The notes under the pieces are model-generated. The model did not search any database and was not told where the DNA came from. It saw only the letters and a list, made by a program, of their open reading frames with translations. Shown piece by piece: positions 50,846 through 59,662 of a stretch of DNA of 64,000 nucleotides. The stretch spans positions 1 through 64,000 of the forward strand of contig JAZAMN010000062.1 of the NCBI GenBank assembly GCA_036229005.1. The letters are read 5' to 3'. The stretch's first letter is position 1; each line of letters starts with the position of its first letter. The stretch is from Myxococcota bacterium. GTDB lineage: Bacteria > Myxococcota_A > UBA796 > CAJQPC01. The position numbers and the translations under genes were made by a program.

Positions 50846-51477
50846 TCCTGCACGGTTACTGGCGCAGCTCCAGCGCCTACCGCGTGCGCATCGCGCTCCA
50901 CCACAAGGGCCTGGCCTTTGAGAACCACCCGGTCAACCTGCTGACCGGTGAGCACAAGTCCCCCGAGCACCTGGCGCGCAACCCCCTGGGGGCCGTGCCG
51001 GTGCTCGAGCTGGACGACGGCACCATGCTCTCGCAGTCCATGGCCATCCTGGAGTACCTGGAGGCCACCTGCCCGGAGCCCGCCCTGATCCCCCAGGACC
51101 CCATCCTGGCGGCCCAGGCGCGCATGTTCGCCGAGCACGTCAACGCCTCCATCCAGCCTCTACAGAACCTGGGGCTGGTGCGCTACGTCGGGACCCGACA
51201 CGGGGCCGACAAGGTGGAGTGGATGAAGCACTGGATCGAAGAGGGCCTCGGCGCTCTGGAGATCCTGGCCCAATCCCTGGAGCGCCAGAGCCCCTGGCTG
51301 GTCGCTGACAGGCCCTCCATCGCCGAGGTGCTGCTGGTGCCGCAGCTCTACAACGCCCGCCGCTGGGGCTGTGACATCGACGCTTGGCCCACGCTGCTCG
51401 CCGCTGAAGCCGCCGCCCTCGCCCTGCCTGCCTTCGCTGCTGCCCACCCGGACCAGCAGCCCGACGCCGTTTCCTGA
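50842..51477 (+). CDS. maiA: Maleylacetoacetate isomerase (GST zeta)
   Basis: YWRSSSAYRVRIAL, NPLGAVPVL, IQPLQNL, PQLYNARR, AAHPDQQPD. Confidence 0.95.
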   Translation: MILHGYWRSSSAYRVRIALHHKGLAFENHPVNLLTGEHKSPEHLARNPLGAVPVLELDDGTMLSQSMAILEYLEATCPEPALIPQDPILAAQARMFAEHVNASIQPLQNLGLVRYVGTRHGADKVEWMKHWIEEGLGALEILAQSLERQSPWLVADRPSIAEVLLVPQLYNARRWGCDIDAWPTLLAAEAAALALPAFAAAHPDQQPDAVS

Positions 51478-51489
51478 GAGGAGCCGCCC

Positions 51490-52653
51490 GTGCTGGACTA
51501 CATGGCCGTTGGGGAGCTGCCCCCCAAGCACCACATCGCCCACCGTCAGCCGGACGGCTCGCTCTACTGGGAGGAGTGCCTGACTCGGCAGGCCTTTGAT
51601 GGCCCCTACAGCATCCTCTACCACCGGCACCGCCCCCAGGAGCACATGCCGCGGCCCACCCGCCACGGCTTCACGCTCCCCAAGGCGGCCGCGGACCAAG
51701 CGCTGGCCAAGCGCCACTTCCGCACCCAGGACATGGCGCCTGCCGGCGGCGCTCCGATCGACGCCCGCAAGCCGCTCCTCTTCAATGGGGACATGGTCAT
51801 CGGCGTGCTGCACCCCGACCGCAGTGATCCGGTGTATTTCATCAACTCCGAGGGGGATGATCTCTTCTTCATCTTCCACGGCGGGGGCTTGCTGAGGACC
51901 CCCTTCGGCGACCTGCGCTTTGAGCAGGACGACTACGTGATGGTCCCCCGGGGCGTCGCCCACCGCTTCATCCTGGACGAGGGCGTGGAGCAGTACTGGC
52001 TGTCCATGGAGTGCTTCGGCGACCTGGGCCTGCTCAAGCAGTGGCGCAACCCCGCGGGGCAGCTCCGCATGGACGCGCCCTACTGCCACCGCGACTTCAA
52101 GCGCCCCGAGTTCATCGGGCCCGTGGACGATGGCATCCGCGAGCTGGTGGTCAAGCGGGGCGGCGCCTTCCACGGCTTCGCGCTGCGCAACCCCCTGACC
52201 GACGTCGTCGGCTGGGACGGCACGGTCTACCCCTGGGTCTTCCCCATCCTGCGCTTCCAGCCCCGCGCCGGCCTGGTCCACCTGCCCCCCGACTGGCACG
52301 GCACCTTCGGCACGCGCGGCGCGCTGATCTGCAGTTTTGTGCCCCGGGCCGTGGACTTCCACCCCGACGCCATCCCGTGCCCCTACCCGCACCACAGCGT
52401 CGACGTGGACGAGTTCCTGTTCTACGTCCGCGGGAACTTCACCTCCCGCAAGGGCGTCGGGCCAGGATCGGTAAGCTTCCACCCGCGAGGGATTGCGCAC
52501 GGGCCTCATCCCGGCGCCTACGAGGGCAGCCTGGGGCACCGCGAGACCAGTGAGCTCGCCGTCATGGTCGACACCATCGGACCTCTGGTGCACACCGATC
52601 TCGCGGCTGGCGTGGAGGACCTCGGCTACATGGCCAGTTTCATTGAGGACTGA
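51490..52653 (+). CDS. hmgA: Homogentisate 1,2-dioxygenase
   Basis: PPKHH, DVVGWDG, VHLPP, ICSFVPR, PYPH, DEFLFY..GNF.SR, HGPHPG, ELAVMVDT. Confidence 0.93.
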   Translation: MLDYMAVGELPPKHHIAHRQPDGSLYWEECLTRQAFDGPYSILYHRHRPQEHMPRPTRHGFTLPKAAADQALAKRHFRTQDMAPAGGAPIDARKPLLFNGDMVIGVLHPDRSDPVYFINSEGDDLFFIFHGGGLLRTPFGDLRFEQDDYVMVPRGVAHRFILDEGVEQYWLSMECFGDLGLLKQWRNPAGQLRMDAPYCHRDFKRPEFIGPVDDGIRELVVKRGGAFHGFALRNPLTDVVGWDGTVYPWVFPILRFQPRAGLVHLPPDWHGTFGTRGALICSFVPRAVDFHPDAIPCPYPHHSVDVDEFLFYVRGNFTSRKGVGPGSVSFHPRGIAHGPHPGAYEGSLGHRETSELAVMVDTIGPLVHTDLAAGVEDLGYMASFIED

Positions 52654-52758
52654 GCCTTATACGAACCTGACATGGTGGGGGGCTGCAGTTGTAGCCAAAT
52701 GTCTCAGTCTCTACGGTAAACCCCGCAGGGGCTCTCCCTGAGCCTCGGGGAGCATGCC

Positions 52759-53877
52759 GTGACGGACCGCTTGCAGACTCGCCCCTCGAGAGGGGGGAAT
52801 GTCGTCGTCATCGTGGCGCTCTCGTTGGTCGCAGTCCTCGGCGTCGCCGCCGTTGCGATCGACGGGGGCTTCGCGCGATACCACCGGGTGGAGCTCCAGA
52901 ACGCCTCCGACGCCGCTGCGCACGCGGCTGTCCTGGCCTTTGACGGGACGGAGGAGGGGCTGTGGACCGCTCGGCAGGCTGCGGTCTCCATCGCCGCGCT
53001 CAACACGGCGGCCGGAGATCCCGTCATCCTCGACCCGAACGAGGACAACGATCCCGCCGGTGACATCGTCTCCGGGTACTGGGACGCGGAGACCGGCGCC
53101 TTCACGGCCTCCCTGGACCCCGAGCTGGTCGACGCCTTCCGGGTGACCGCCCGCAATGAGGCGCTCCAGACCTACTTCGCGGGTGCGGCCTTTGGTCGCC
53201 AGGACCTGGTGGTGTCGGTGGACACGGTCGGCCTCAAGCCCGAGGCCCTCCCGGCGGGCGCGGTGGACTGCTACCTGCCCCTGGCCATCCCGGCCTGCCG
53301 CATCGAGCAGTACGGCAGCGGCGAGATCCTGGACATCGACTTCGTGCTCAACCCGGACGGTGGGGACAACGTCGGGTGGGCGCTGCTGGGCTCCGGCTCG
53401 GTGTCCGCGTCCACGCTGGAGGAGCAGATCAACAACTGCCAGGCCTCCGGCGAGGTGCAGAATGCCTCCATCGTCTCCCTCAACAACGGCGCCATCAACA
53501 CCGTCCTGAGCGCCATGGCAGACGCCGTGGGGGACTCCGACACCGTCTGGCGGGACGAGGTCTGGGGCACCCAGGGAGCCCCCATGGAGAAGTCCCTGGT
53601 CGACAAAAACGGCGACTACGGGAACACCTTCGAGGGCCCCATCATCGTGTTCGACGAGCAGGGGCAGCCCTGCGACGAGGTCAAGTTCACCCAGGACTAC
53701 CCGGTCAAGGGCTTCTACTGGGCCGCGGTCTACGACGTCCGGAGCAAGGGCGCCGCCGCGGAGAAGAACATCCGCGTCCGCATCGACACCACCGCCGAGG
53801 TCGATGTCGGCACCCGCTCGGGCGGGGAGTACGACGACGGCATCCTCTACCAGCCCCCGCCGCGGATCGTGCAGTGA
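52759..53877 (+). CDS. TadG-like pilus assembly protein
   Basis: RGG/NVVVIVAL prepilin-like start, AVAIDGG, ELQNASDAAAHAA, large extracytoplasmic domain. Confidence 0.85.
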   Translation: MTDRLQTRPSRGGNVVVIVALSLVAVLGVAAVAIDGGFARYHRVELQNASDAAAHAAVLAFDGTEEGLWTARQAAVSIAALNTAAGDPVILDPNEDNDPAGDIVSGYWDAETGAFTASLDPELVDAFRVTARNEALQTYFAGAAFGRQDLVVSVDTVGLKPEALPAGAVDCYLPLAIPACRIEQYGSGEILDIDFVLNPDGGDNVGWALLGSGSVSASTLEEQINNCQASGEVQNASIVSLNNGAINTVLSAMADAVGDSDTVWRDEVWGTQGAPMEKSLVDKNGDYGNTFEGPIIVFDEQGQPCDEVKFTQDYPVKGFYWAAVYDVRSKGAAAEKNIRVRIDTTAEVDVGTRSGGEYDDGILYQPPPRIVQ

Positions 53878-54281
53878 TCACCCGCCGCCAGGGGCGCAGG
53901 GGCAACGCCGGCATCGAGATGGCGCTGACCCTCCCGGTCCTCCTCCTGCTCCTGGGGGGAATCGTGGACTTCGGGCTGTACTTCTCCGATGCCCAGAAGG
54001 CCAACCACGCCGTGCGGCAGGCCGCCCGGGCCGCTGCAGGCACGGACTACGACCTGGCCCCCCAGGCCATCGGCGAGGCCACCCTCAGCGAGCAGCTCGC
54101 GCTGTTCTCGCTGCCCACCGGGACCGACACCACCCGCTCGGTGGTGGTCGACAGCACCACCGGGCTCGTCACGGTGACCTACCACGCCCCCTACGAGGGC
54201 TTGGTGGGCCTGGTCGCATCCAGCGACAACCTCAAGCTGGGCGCGTCGATGACCCTCACCATGGAGGACCTCCACCCATGA
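53874..54281 (+). CDS. TadE-like pseudopilin
   Basis: RRG/NAGIEMALTLPVLLLLLGGIVDFG...AVRQAARAA. GTGA overlap. Confidence 0.88.
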   Translation: MITRRQGRRGNAGIEMALTLPVLLLLLGGIVDFGLYFSDAQKANHAVRQAARAAAGTDYDLAPQAIGEATLSEQLALFSLPTGTDTTRSVVVDSTTGLVTVTYHAPYEGLVGLVASSDNLKLGASMTLTMEDLHP

Positions 54282-54712
54282 GCCGTCTCGTCCGAAGTCC
54301 CTCTCGCCAGGGCAGCAGCTCCGTGGAGTTCGCGCTGGTCTTCTCCATGGTCCTCTTCCCTCTGCTCATCGGCACCGTCGAGGCCGGGGTCTACGTCCAC
54401 CAGATCGACGCCGCAGCGGACGCTGTGGTCGTGGCCGGCCGCGCTGCAGCCGGCGTGGCCCTGGAGGACGATCCCGCCGCCACCTTCGATGAGCGCATGG
54501 CCATCGAGCTCAGCGAGCGCGGCATCATGCCCAGCCCCGTCATGGACAACATGCTGCTCAGCTCCTCCGTCAGCGGGGAGTCGCCCGAGCGTATGCTGGA
54601 TGTCGAGGTGCAGTTCGACTACGGCGGCATCATCGGGATCCTCCCCACGCCCGACCACGTCCGGGTCAAGCGCCGCTTCCGGCTGGAGGACCAGGTAGAG
54701 TACGGGACATGA
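54278..54712 (+). CDS. TadE-like pseudopilin
   Basis: RQG/SSSVEFALV...LIGTVEAG...AGRAAA. ATGA overlap. Confidence 0.85.
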   Translation: MSRLVRSPSRQGSSSVEFALVFSMVLFPLLIGTVEAGVYVHQIDAAADAVVVAGRAAAGVALEDDPAATFDERMAIELSERGIMPSPVMDNMLLSSSVSGESPERMLDVEVQFDYGGIIGILPTPDHVRVKRRFRLEDQVEYGT

Positions 54713-55038
54713 GCTACGCCTACACCGTCCGCTGCCGCTTCGATGACCCCCAGGTTGCGGAGCGCTGGGCACGCTGGATGGAGGCGGAGCACTTCCAGGA
54801 CCTGCTGGATGCCGGCGCGCTCCGCGCCGAGCTGGTGGGGCTGCAGGGGGAGGGGACCACGCTCGAGTGCCGATACCTCTTCGCGGATCAGGCGGCCTTC
54901 CACCGCTACCAGGAGCAGCACGGGCCCAGGCTGCGCGCCGAGGGGCTCTCCCGCTTCCCGCTCGCGCTGGGGCTTCACTACAGCCGCAGCGAAGGCCCGG
55001 TGCGGCTCTCCAGGACTCCGGCTCCAGGCCAGGTGTAA
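54709..55038 (+). CDS. DUF4286-like small protein
   Basis: YTV...WARWMEAEH...Y...YQEQHGPRLRAEGLSRF. Confidence 0.75.
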   Translation: MSYAYTVRCRFDDPQVAERWARWMEAEHFQDLLDAGALRAELVGLQGEGTTLECRYLFADQAAFHRYQEQHGPRLRAEGLSRFPLALGLHYSRSEGPVRLSRTPAPGQV

Positions 55039-55084
55039 GTCCCGGGCCCTCTGCGTCGTACACTCAGGGCAACAGGGAGCTTGC

Positions 55085-56206
55085 GTGCTGGTCTTCACAC
55101 TGCTGGGTTGCTTTGGCATGGGCCCCGGGCTGGTCGGGATGCCCGAACCCTATGAGCAGCTCGCCTGGCTAAGCCGGAACGTGCCGCTGGTGAGCGTAGA
55201 GGGGGCCGAGGTGATGCGCCTGGAGGAGTTCCTGGTGCCCCAGCTCTGGTACGCCGACTCGGTGGACCCGAGCACGGTGCAGGAGTGCTTTGAGGGGGAG
55301 CGCGTCCACGAGTACATCCCGTCGACCTATGCGCACGTGGAGATCGCCTGGGACGCCATCCGCGTCGCCGATGAGTACACCGTCTCCATGAGCGGCAAGC
55401 CGGACGACTACGAGTGGAACGGCGCGCGCATCGAGAGTCTCTATGTGCGCCTGCTGGAGCTCAAGAGCCAGACCCGCCTGCTCTCTACGGCCTGCTTCCC
55501 GGACGTCGGCGACAAGCTGCTGGTCAGCGTGGACCCCGCCGCCCCCGCGCCCTTGGTTTGGGCGGTGCTCGAGAGCGCTCGGCAGGCGGGCTTCCGGGAC
55601 TTCTACCTGGCGGTGGATGACCCGGTCGCCAAGGCCGACGCCGAGCGTCACCCGGCCTACCCCCGCTTTGAGCCTGGCGCCGGCAAGGCCCGAGAGCGCC
55701 CGCCCGCCCTCAGCGCCGAGGAGCTCGCCGAGGCTCGGGATCAGCTCGCGCGGGGGCTGCGCGTGAACAGCGAACAGGGGTCGTGCAGAGACCGGGCGCG
55801 GCTGCAGATCGATCCGAGCGGCTTCCGCCTGAGCCAGGAGCCGGTGCACACCACCGCACGCTGGGAGGAGCAGGCTCCCAGCCTGGAGGGCCTCAAGGAT
55901 GGTGTCCCGGGCGAGGTCTCGGCGGTGTTCCTCTCGCCACAGGAGGAGGCCACCGCCACGCAGCTCCTGCAGGCTGCGGCCAACCTCCACAGCGCGGGGG
56001 AGACCCTGGCCCTCTCGCCCTTGGGGGAGGCCAACGTGGGCTTCCTGTGGGGGGGAACCCAGCCGCGGATCCCGGTGTGGACGGGCAGCAACAGCTACGA
56101 GTCGCTGGAGGCAGAGGCCTGGCAGCCGGTGATTCACCTGACCATGCCCCTGCGCGCCAGTAGCGTGCCTTGCGTCGATGAGAGCGGGATACGTTGGAGC
56201 CACTGA
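55085..56206 (+). CDS. Hypothetical lipoprotein with ExbD/TolR-like domain(s)
   Basis: LVFTLLGC after GGGAG; LLVSVDPAAPAPLVWAVLESARQAGF resembles the ExbD periplasmic domain. Confidence 0.65.
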   Translation: MLVFTLLGCFGMGPGLVGMPEPYEQLAWLSRNVPLVSVEGAEVMRLEEFLVPQLWYADSVDPSTVQECFEGERVHEYIPSTYAHVEIAWDAIRVADEYTVSMSGKPDDYEWNGARIESLYVRLLELKSQTRLLSTACFPDVGDKLLVSVDPAAPAPLVWAVLESARQAGFRDFYLAVDDPVAKADAERHPAYPRFEPGAGKARERPPALSAEELAEARDQLARGLRVNSEQGSCRDRARLQIDPSGFRLSQEPVHTTARWEEQAPSLEGLKDGVPGEVSAVFLSPQEEATATQLLQAAANLHSAGETLALSPLGEANVGFLWGGTQPRIPVWTGSNSYESLEAEAWQPVIHLTMPLRASSVPCVDESGIRWSH

Positions 56207-56218
56207 CAGGGGCCCTCG

Positions 56219-57049
56219 GTGACCGGCGGCGCAGAAGTCTTCCTCCCGGCCGCGCTCGCTGCGGCCATGGCAATCGCCGCCACCGTCGCTGTTGAGCGCT
56301 GGGGCGGCATCATCGGCGGAGTGCTCGGCACGCTCCCAACCACAATCGTCCCGGCGGCCTTCGGCCTGCTGGCGGTCTCTCCGGACGCGGAGGCCTTCCG
56401 GGACGCGATCTACATCACGCCAGTGGGCATGTTCCTGAACGCCGGATTCCTGTGGCTGTGGCGGGTGCTCCCGCCGCGACTCCCAGAGCGTCCGCTCCCG
56501 CAGCGCCTCGCCAGCATGGTGATGTTGACTCTCAGTGCCTGGGCCATCATGGCGGCTCTGGCGGTGGGCCTCTCCCACCTCCTCAAGGGACTGGGCCTCT
56601 CCTCCCTCTTCCTGGGGCTTGGAGCCACGCTGGTGACCCTGGGCGCTGGGCTCGCGGCCACCCGGGAGACCCACCCTGCGCCCCGAGGGACCCGCAAGGT
56701 CAGCCCGCTGGTGCTCATCGGGCGGGGGCTCCTTGCGGCGACGGCGATCGCTGTCTCTGTGCTGATCGCGCGGGTGGGCGGCAGCTTCCTGGCGGGGATG
56801 GCTGCGGTGTTCCCCGCCATCTTCCTGACCACGATGGTGGGGCTGTGGCTGTCCCAGGGCTCCGCGGTGCCCAGCGGGGCGGTGGGGCCCATGATGCTGG
56901 GCTCCTGCTCGGTGCAGGTCTTCTCGCTGATCTGCGGCTGGTCGATGCCGGCGCTGGGGAGCGGCTGGGGAGCGGCCCTGGCCTGGGTTCTGGCGGCGCT
57001 GGGGGTCAGCCTGCCTGTGGCCACCTGGCTACGGCGCAAGCGGGCTTGA
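56219..57049 (+). CDS. Integral membrane protein with internal duplication
   Basis: About eight hydrophobic segments; duplicated motif GGIIGGVLGTLP / GGSFLAGMAAVFP. Confidence 0.8.
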   Translation: MTGGAEVFLPAALAAAMAIAATVAVERWGGIIGGVLGTLPTTIVPAAFGLLAVSPDAEAFRDAIYITPVGMFLNAGFLWLWRVLPPRLPERPLPQRLASMVMLTLSAWAIMAALAVGLSHLLKGLGLSSLFLGLGATLVTLGAGLAATRETHPAPRGTRKVSPLVLIGRGLLAATAIAVSVLIARVGGSFLAGMAAVFPAIFLTTMVGLWLSQGSAVPSGAVGPMMLGSCSVQVFSLICGWSMPALGSGWGAALAWVLAALGVSLPVATWLRRKRA

Positions 57050-57096
57050 GGGCCGTCTGAGGGGCTCCTGGGGCCAAGCAAGGCCGTCCAGGGGGT

Positions 57097-58368
57097 TCAG
57101 TGGCGGAAGACCCGGGTGATGCGGCCAGGCGGGTTGGCCTGGTACTCGCGGACGATCTCGTCCAGGCGCCGGAAGCCCAGGGCGCTGGACAGGGACTCCA
57201 GGGCCGTGCGCTCCTGCCGGTTGAGCTGGGAGGCCTGGAGGACCATGGCGACGGCCAGGCGCACGACCAGCTCGATGTCGTCGGGGTGCAGGCGGTCGGC
57301 GCGGCGGCGGAGCTCGCCGGGGGCGCCGGAGACGAAGTCCAGCCGGTTCTTGACCGCGGAGTCCAGGATGTCCGAGAGCGGGAAGCTGCAGGAGAGCTTC
57401 ATGTGGACATCGGTGAGGGCGCTGCGCTCGGGGGGCGAGAGCTCGCCGTCGGCCAGGGCCACGTAGACCATGGCGATCAGCGCCACGGCCTGCTGGTTGG
57501 GGTGGGAGAGGGGGCGGCTGCCGCCAGGCCCGGGGCCGCTGCGCTCATCGAGCTTGCGCAGGATGCCAGCGATCTGCTTGTCGATGCTGCGGAAGCCGCG
57601 GGACGAGAACATCGCCGCGTTCTTGCGCAGCATCACGAGGTCCAGGGCGCCGAGCTCGATGGCCTTGAAGCGGATGGGGATCATGGGGTGGGTGCGCACC
57701 CACTCGTGGCCCTCGCCTTCATCGTCGATGTGGCTGACGAGCTCGTCGTACTGGCTGCGCAGGCTGTTGAGGATCCGGGTCTGGTCGATGCCCGGGATCC
57801 CACTGCTCGTCTTGAAGAGCGCAGAGGTGGCGGCGGCCAGGTTGCCGGCGCACACGAGGCCGATGCGGTCTGCGGAGACCTCGGCGGCGCGTGACCAGGC
57901 CAGCAGGCTCTGGGCGGTGCTCGCGTCCACCCCCTGCTCGTCGCGGAAGACCTCGTGGATGGAGAAACTGGAGTGCTTGAAGAGCACGTGGCCCAGCTCA
58001 TGGCCCATCACGAAGGTCAGCTCGTCCAAGGTGAAGTCCTTGAGCAGCGAGCTGTGGATGAGGATGTCGAAGCGGTCCCCGTGGGCGAACACCGAGGCGT
58101 TGTATTCAGGGGACTGCTGGACGTAGAGGTCGCCCTTGAGCTCCCCCCCCAGCAGGGAGAGGCACTCGATGTAGCGGGCGTGGACCTCGGGCAGCAGGTC
58201 GGGGGTGATGCGGACGGCGTCCCCGAGCAGGCTGCGCTTGCGCGCGTGGAACTGCTCCCGGATGACGGCCTGGCGCTTGGAGACCCGGTCGGGCCCCAGG
58301 GTGCGCTTGACGGTGTCCAGGAGCTCGGCCTCGTAGGAGAAGCGGAGCTGTTCCAGCTGCGCGCGCAT
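57097..58368 (-). CDS. M48-family zinc metallopeptidase with C-terminal TerB-like domain
   Basis: YNASV, ELTFVMGHELGH (HExxH), WSRAAEVSADRIGL, THP...R; C-terminal VALADGELSPPER. Confidence 0.88.
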   Translation of the reverse strand: MRAQLEQLRFSYEAELLDTVKRTLGPDRVSKRQAVIREQFHARKRSLLGDAVRITPDLLPEVHARYIECLSLLGGELKGDLYVQQSPEYNASVFAHGDRFDILIHSSLLKDFTLDELTFVMGHELGHVLFKHSSFSIHEVFRDEQGVDASTAQSLLAWSRAAEVSADRIGLVCAGNLAAATSALFKTSSGIPGIDQTRILNSLRSQYDELVSHIDDEGEGHEWVRTHPMIPIRFKAIELGALDLVMLRKNAAMFSSRGFRSIDKQIAGILRKLDERSGPGPGGSRPLSHPNQQAVALIAMVYVALADGELSPPERSALTDVHMKLSCSFPLSDILDSAVKNRLDFVSGAPGELRRRADRLHPDDIELVVRLAVAMVLQASQLNRQERTALESLSSALGFRRLDEIVREYQANPPGRITRVFRH

Positions 58369-58371
58369 CGC

Positions 58372-59568
58372 TCAGTCCTTGGAGCCAGCGGTCCACTTGA
58401 GGCCCCACCCGTAGGTGCGGTCGCAGTCGACGTGGTCCTCGTGGAAGGTCGCGGTCTTGGTGACCTTGACGGTGCCGTCGTCCAGGAAGTCGATCCAGCA
58501 GATCGAGCAGAAGGTGCGCTTGTCGGCGGCCTTGCCCAGCTCCACGATGAGCTCGGGGCAGCCGGGCGCCTTCACGGACACCACGCCGTCGGTGTGGGCC
58601 CAGTTGGCGGCGCCCTCGTAGATGTAGGTGAACACCATGATGCGGCGGAGGTTGTGCCGCTCGGCCAGGTTCACCTTGACGTTCTCGCCCGCGGAGGCGG
58701 AGCCCGTGCGGTCATCGCCCATGTGGTAGATCCAGGGCAGGTCCTCGAAGCGGCCCTGCTGGAGGAGGCCCTGGTTCAGGGGCTGCACACAGGCCCGGAC
58801 GGGCTCGTTGGTGCGGGGGTCGATGATCTTGGTCTCGAAGTAGACGCCCAGGTCCAGGTCGACGCTGTCGTCGCTGGAGAAGAGGCTGGCAAAGAAGCCC
58901 TTCTTCTCCTGGGTGGGGCCCTGGTTCCAGTTCAGGTTGATCAGCAGCTCGTCGCTGCTGCCCTTGACGACCTTGGGCTTGATTGCGAAGGAGTCGCCCT
59001 TCTGGGCCAGGGTGATCTTGGACTGGACCTTGAGCTCGCCGGCGCCGGGAACGCTGTTGCGGAAGCCCTCCAGGTCCATGACCATGGAGTCGTTGACCAA
59101 CTGGGCGCCCATGAAGGAGGCGGTGAACTTGGCCAGGATGGCCACGGAGCCGGTCTTGGAGGAGTCCAGGTTGATGACGTGGGACTCGCCCTTGTCGGTG
59201 ACGACCTCGACGCGGGCGTCGTAGTCGTTGAACACCTTGTTGGCCTGGCCCTGCGCGTCGGTGAAGTTCAGCGCGCAGATGTAGAGCTCCTCGATGTCGT
59301 CGAGCTTGGTGATGCGCAGCTCCTCGCGGTTGTCACCGCCGGTCGCGCCCACACCCTCGTCGCCGGAGAGCTGCATGAAGGGGAAGGCGTTCAGGTCGCC
59401 CAGGCTGCCCCCTGCGTAGTTGTCGCTGTAGACACCGCCGGTGCGTCCGTCCTTGGTCTTGTAGAAGGCCATCAGGTCCAGGTCGACCGCGCTGGTCCAG
59501 ACCAGGGAGACCTTGAGCTGCTTGAAGGCGCCGAGCTGGGCGCTGGCGCCCTTTTGCTTGAGTTCCAT
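58372..59568 (-). CDS. Two-domain TerD/TerA-like stress protein
   Basis: N-domain W...DLDL...LSGD...EELRI; C-domain LNWNQ..KKGFF...DLDLG...GDDRTG...GEN...YIYEG..NW...YGWGLKWTAGSKD (TerA-like end). Confidence 0.85.
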   Translation of the reverse strand: MELKQKGASAQLGAFKQLKVSLVWTSAVDLDLMAFYKTKDGRTGGVYSDNYAGGSLGDLNAFPFMQLSGDEGVGATGGDNREELRITKLDDIEELYICALNFTDAQGQANKVFNDYDARVEVVTDKGESHVINLDSSKTGSVAILAKFTASFMGAQLVNDSMVMDLEGFRNSVPGAGELKVQSKITLAQKGDSFAIKPKVVKGSSDELLINLNWNQGPTQEKKGFFASLFSSDDSVDLDLGVYFETKIIDPRTNEPVRACVQPLNQGLLQQGRFEDLPWIYHMGDDRTGSASAGENVKVNLAERHNLRRIMVFTYIYEGAANWAHTDGVVSVKAPGCPELIVELGKAADKRTFCSICWIDFLDDGTVKVTKTATFHEDHVDCDRTYGWGLKWTAGSKD

Positions 59569-59662
59569 GTGGACGGACTCCAGAAGTCGAAGGGGAAAGG
59601 GGCGGGTCTCGGTCCCGCGGGGCCACAACGCGCCCGGCGCTGAGGCCCTTACAGTGCAGGGC

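Noticed and set aside
49844..52653. FAH-maiA-hmgA cluster lacking hppD as a possible novel pathway
   Set aside because: Standard homogentisate catabolism. hppD is frequently encoded elsewhere.
52700..52758. GGTAAACCCCGCAGGGG upstream of the tad genes resembling the start of a cyclic-dinucleotide (GEMM-I) riboswitch
   Set aside because: It lacks the GNRA-capped P2 and the following GACGCAAAGC-like segment. An Infernal search would be needed to rescue it.
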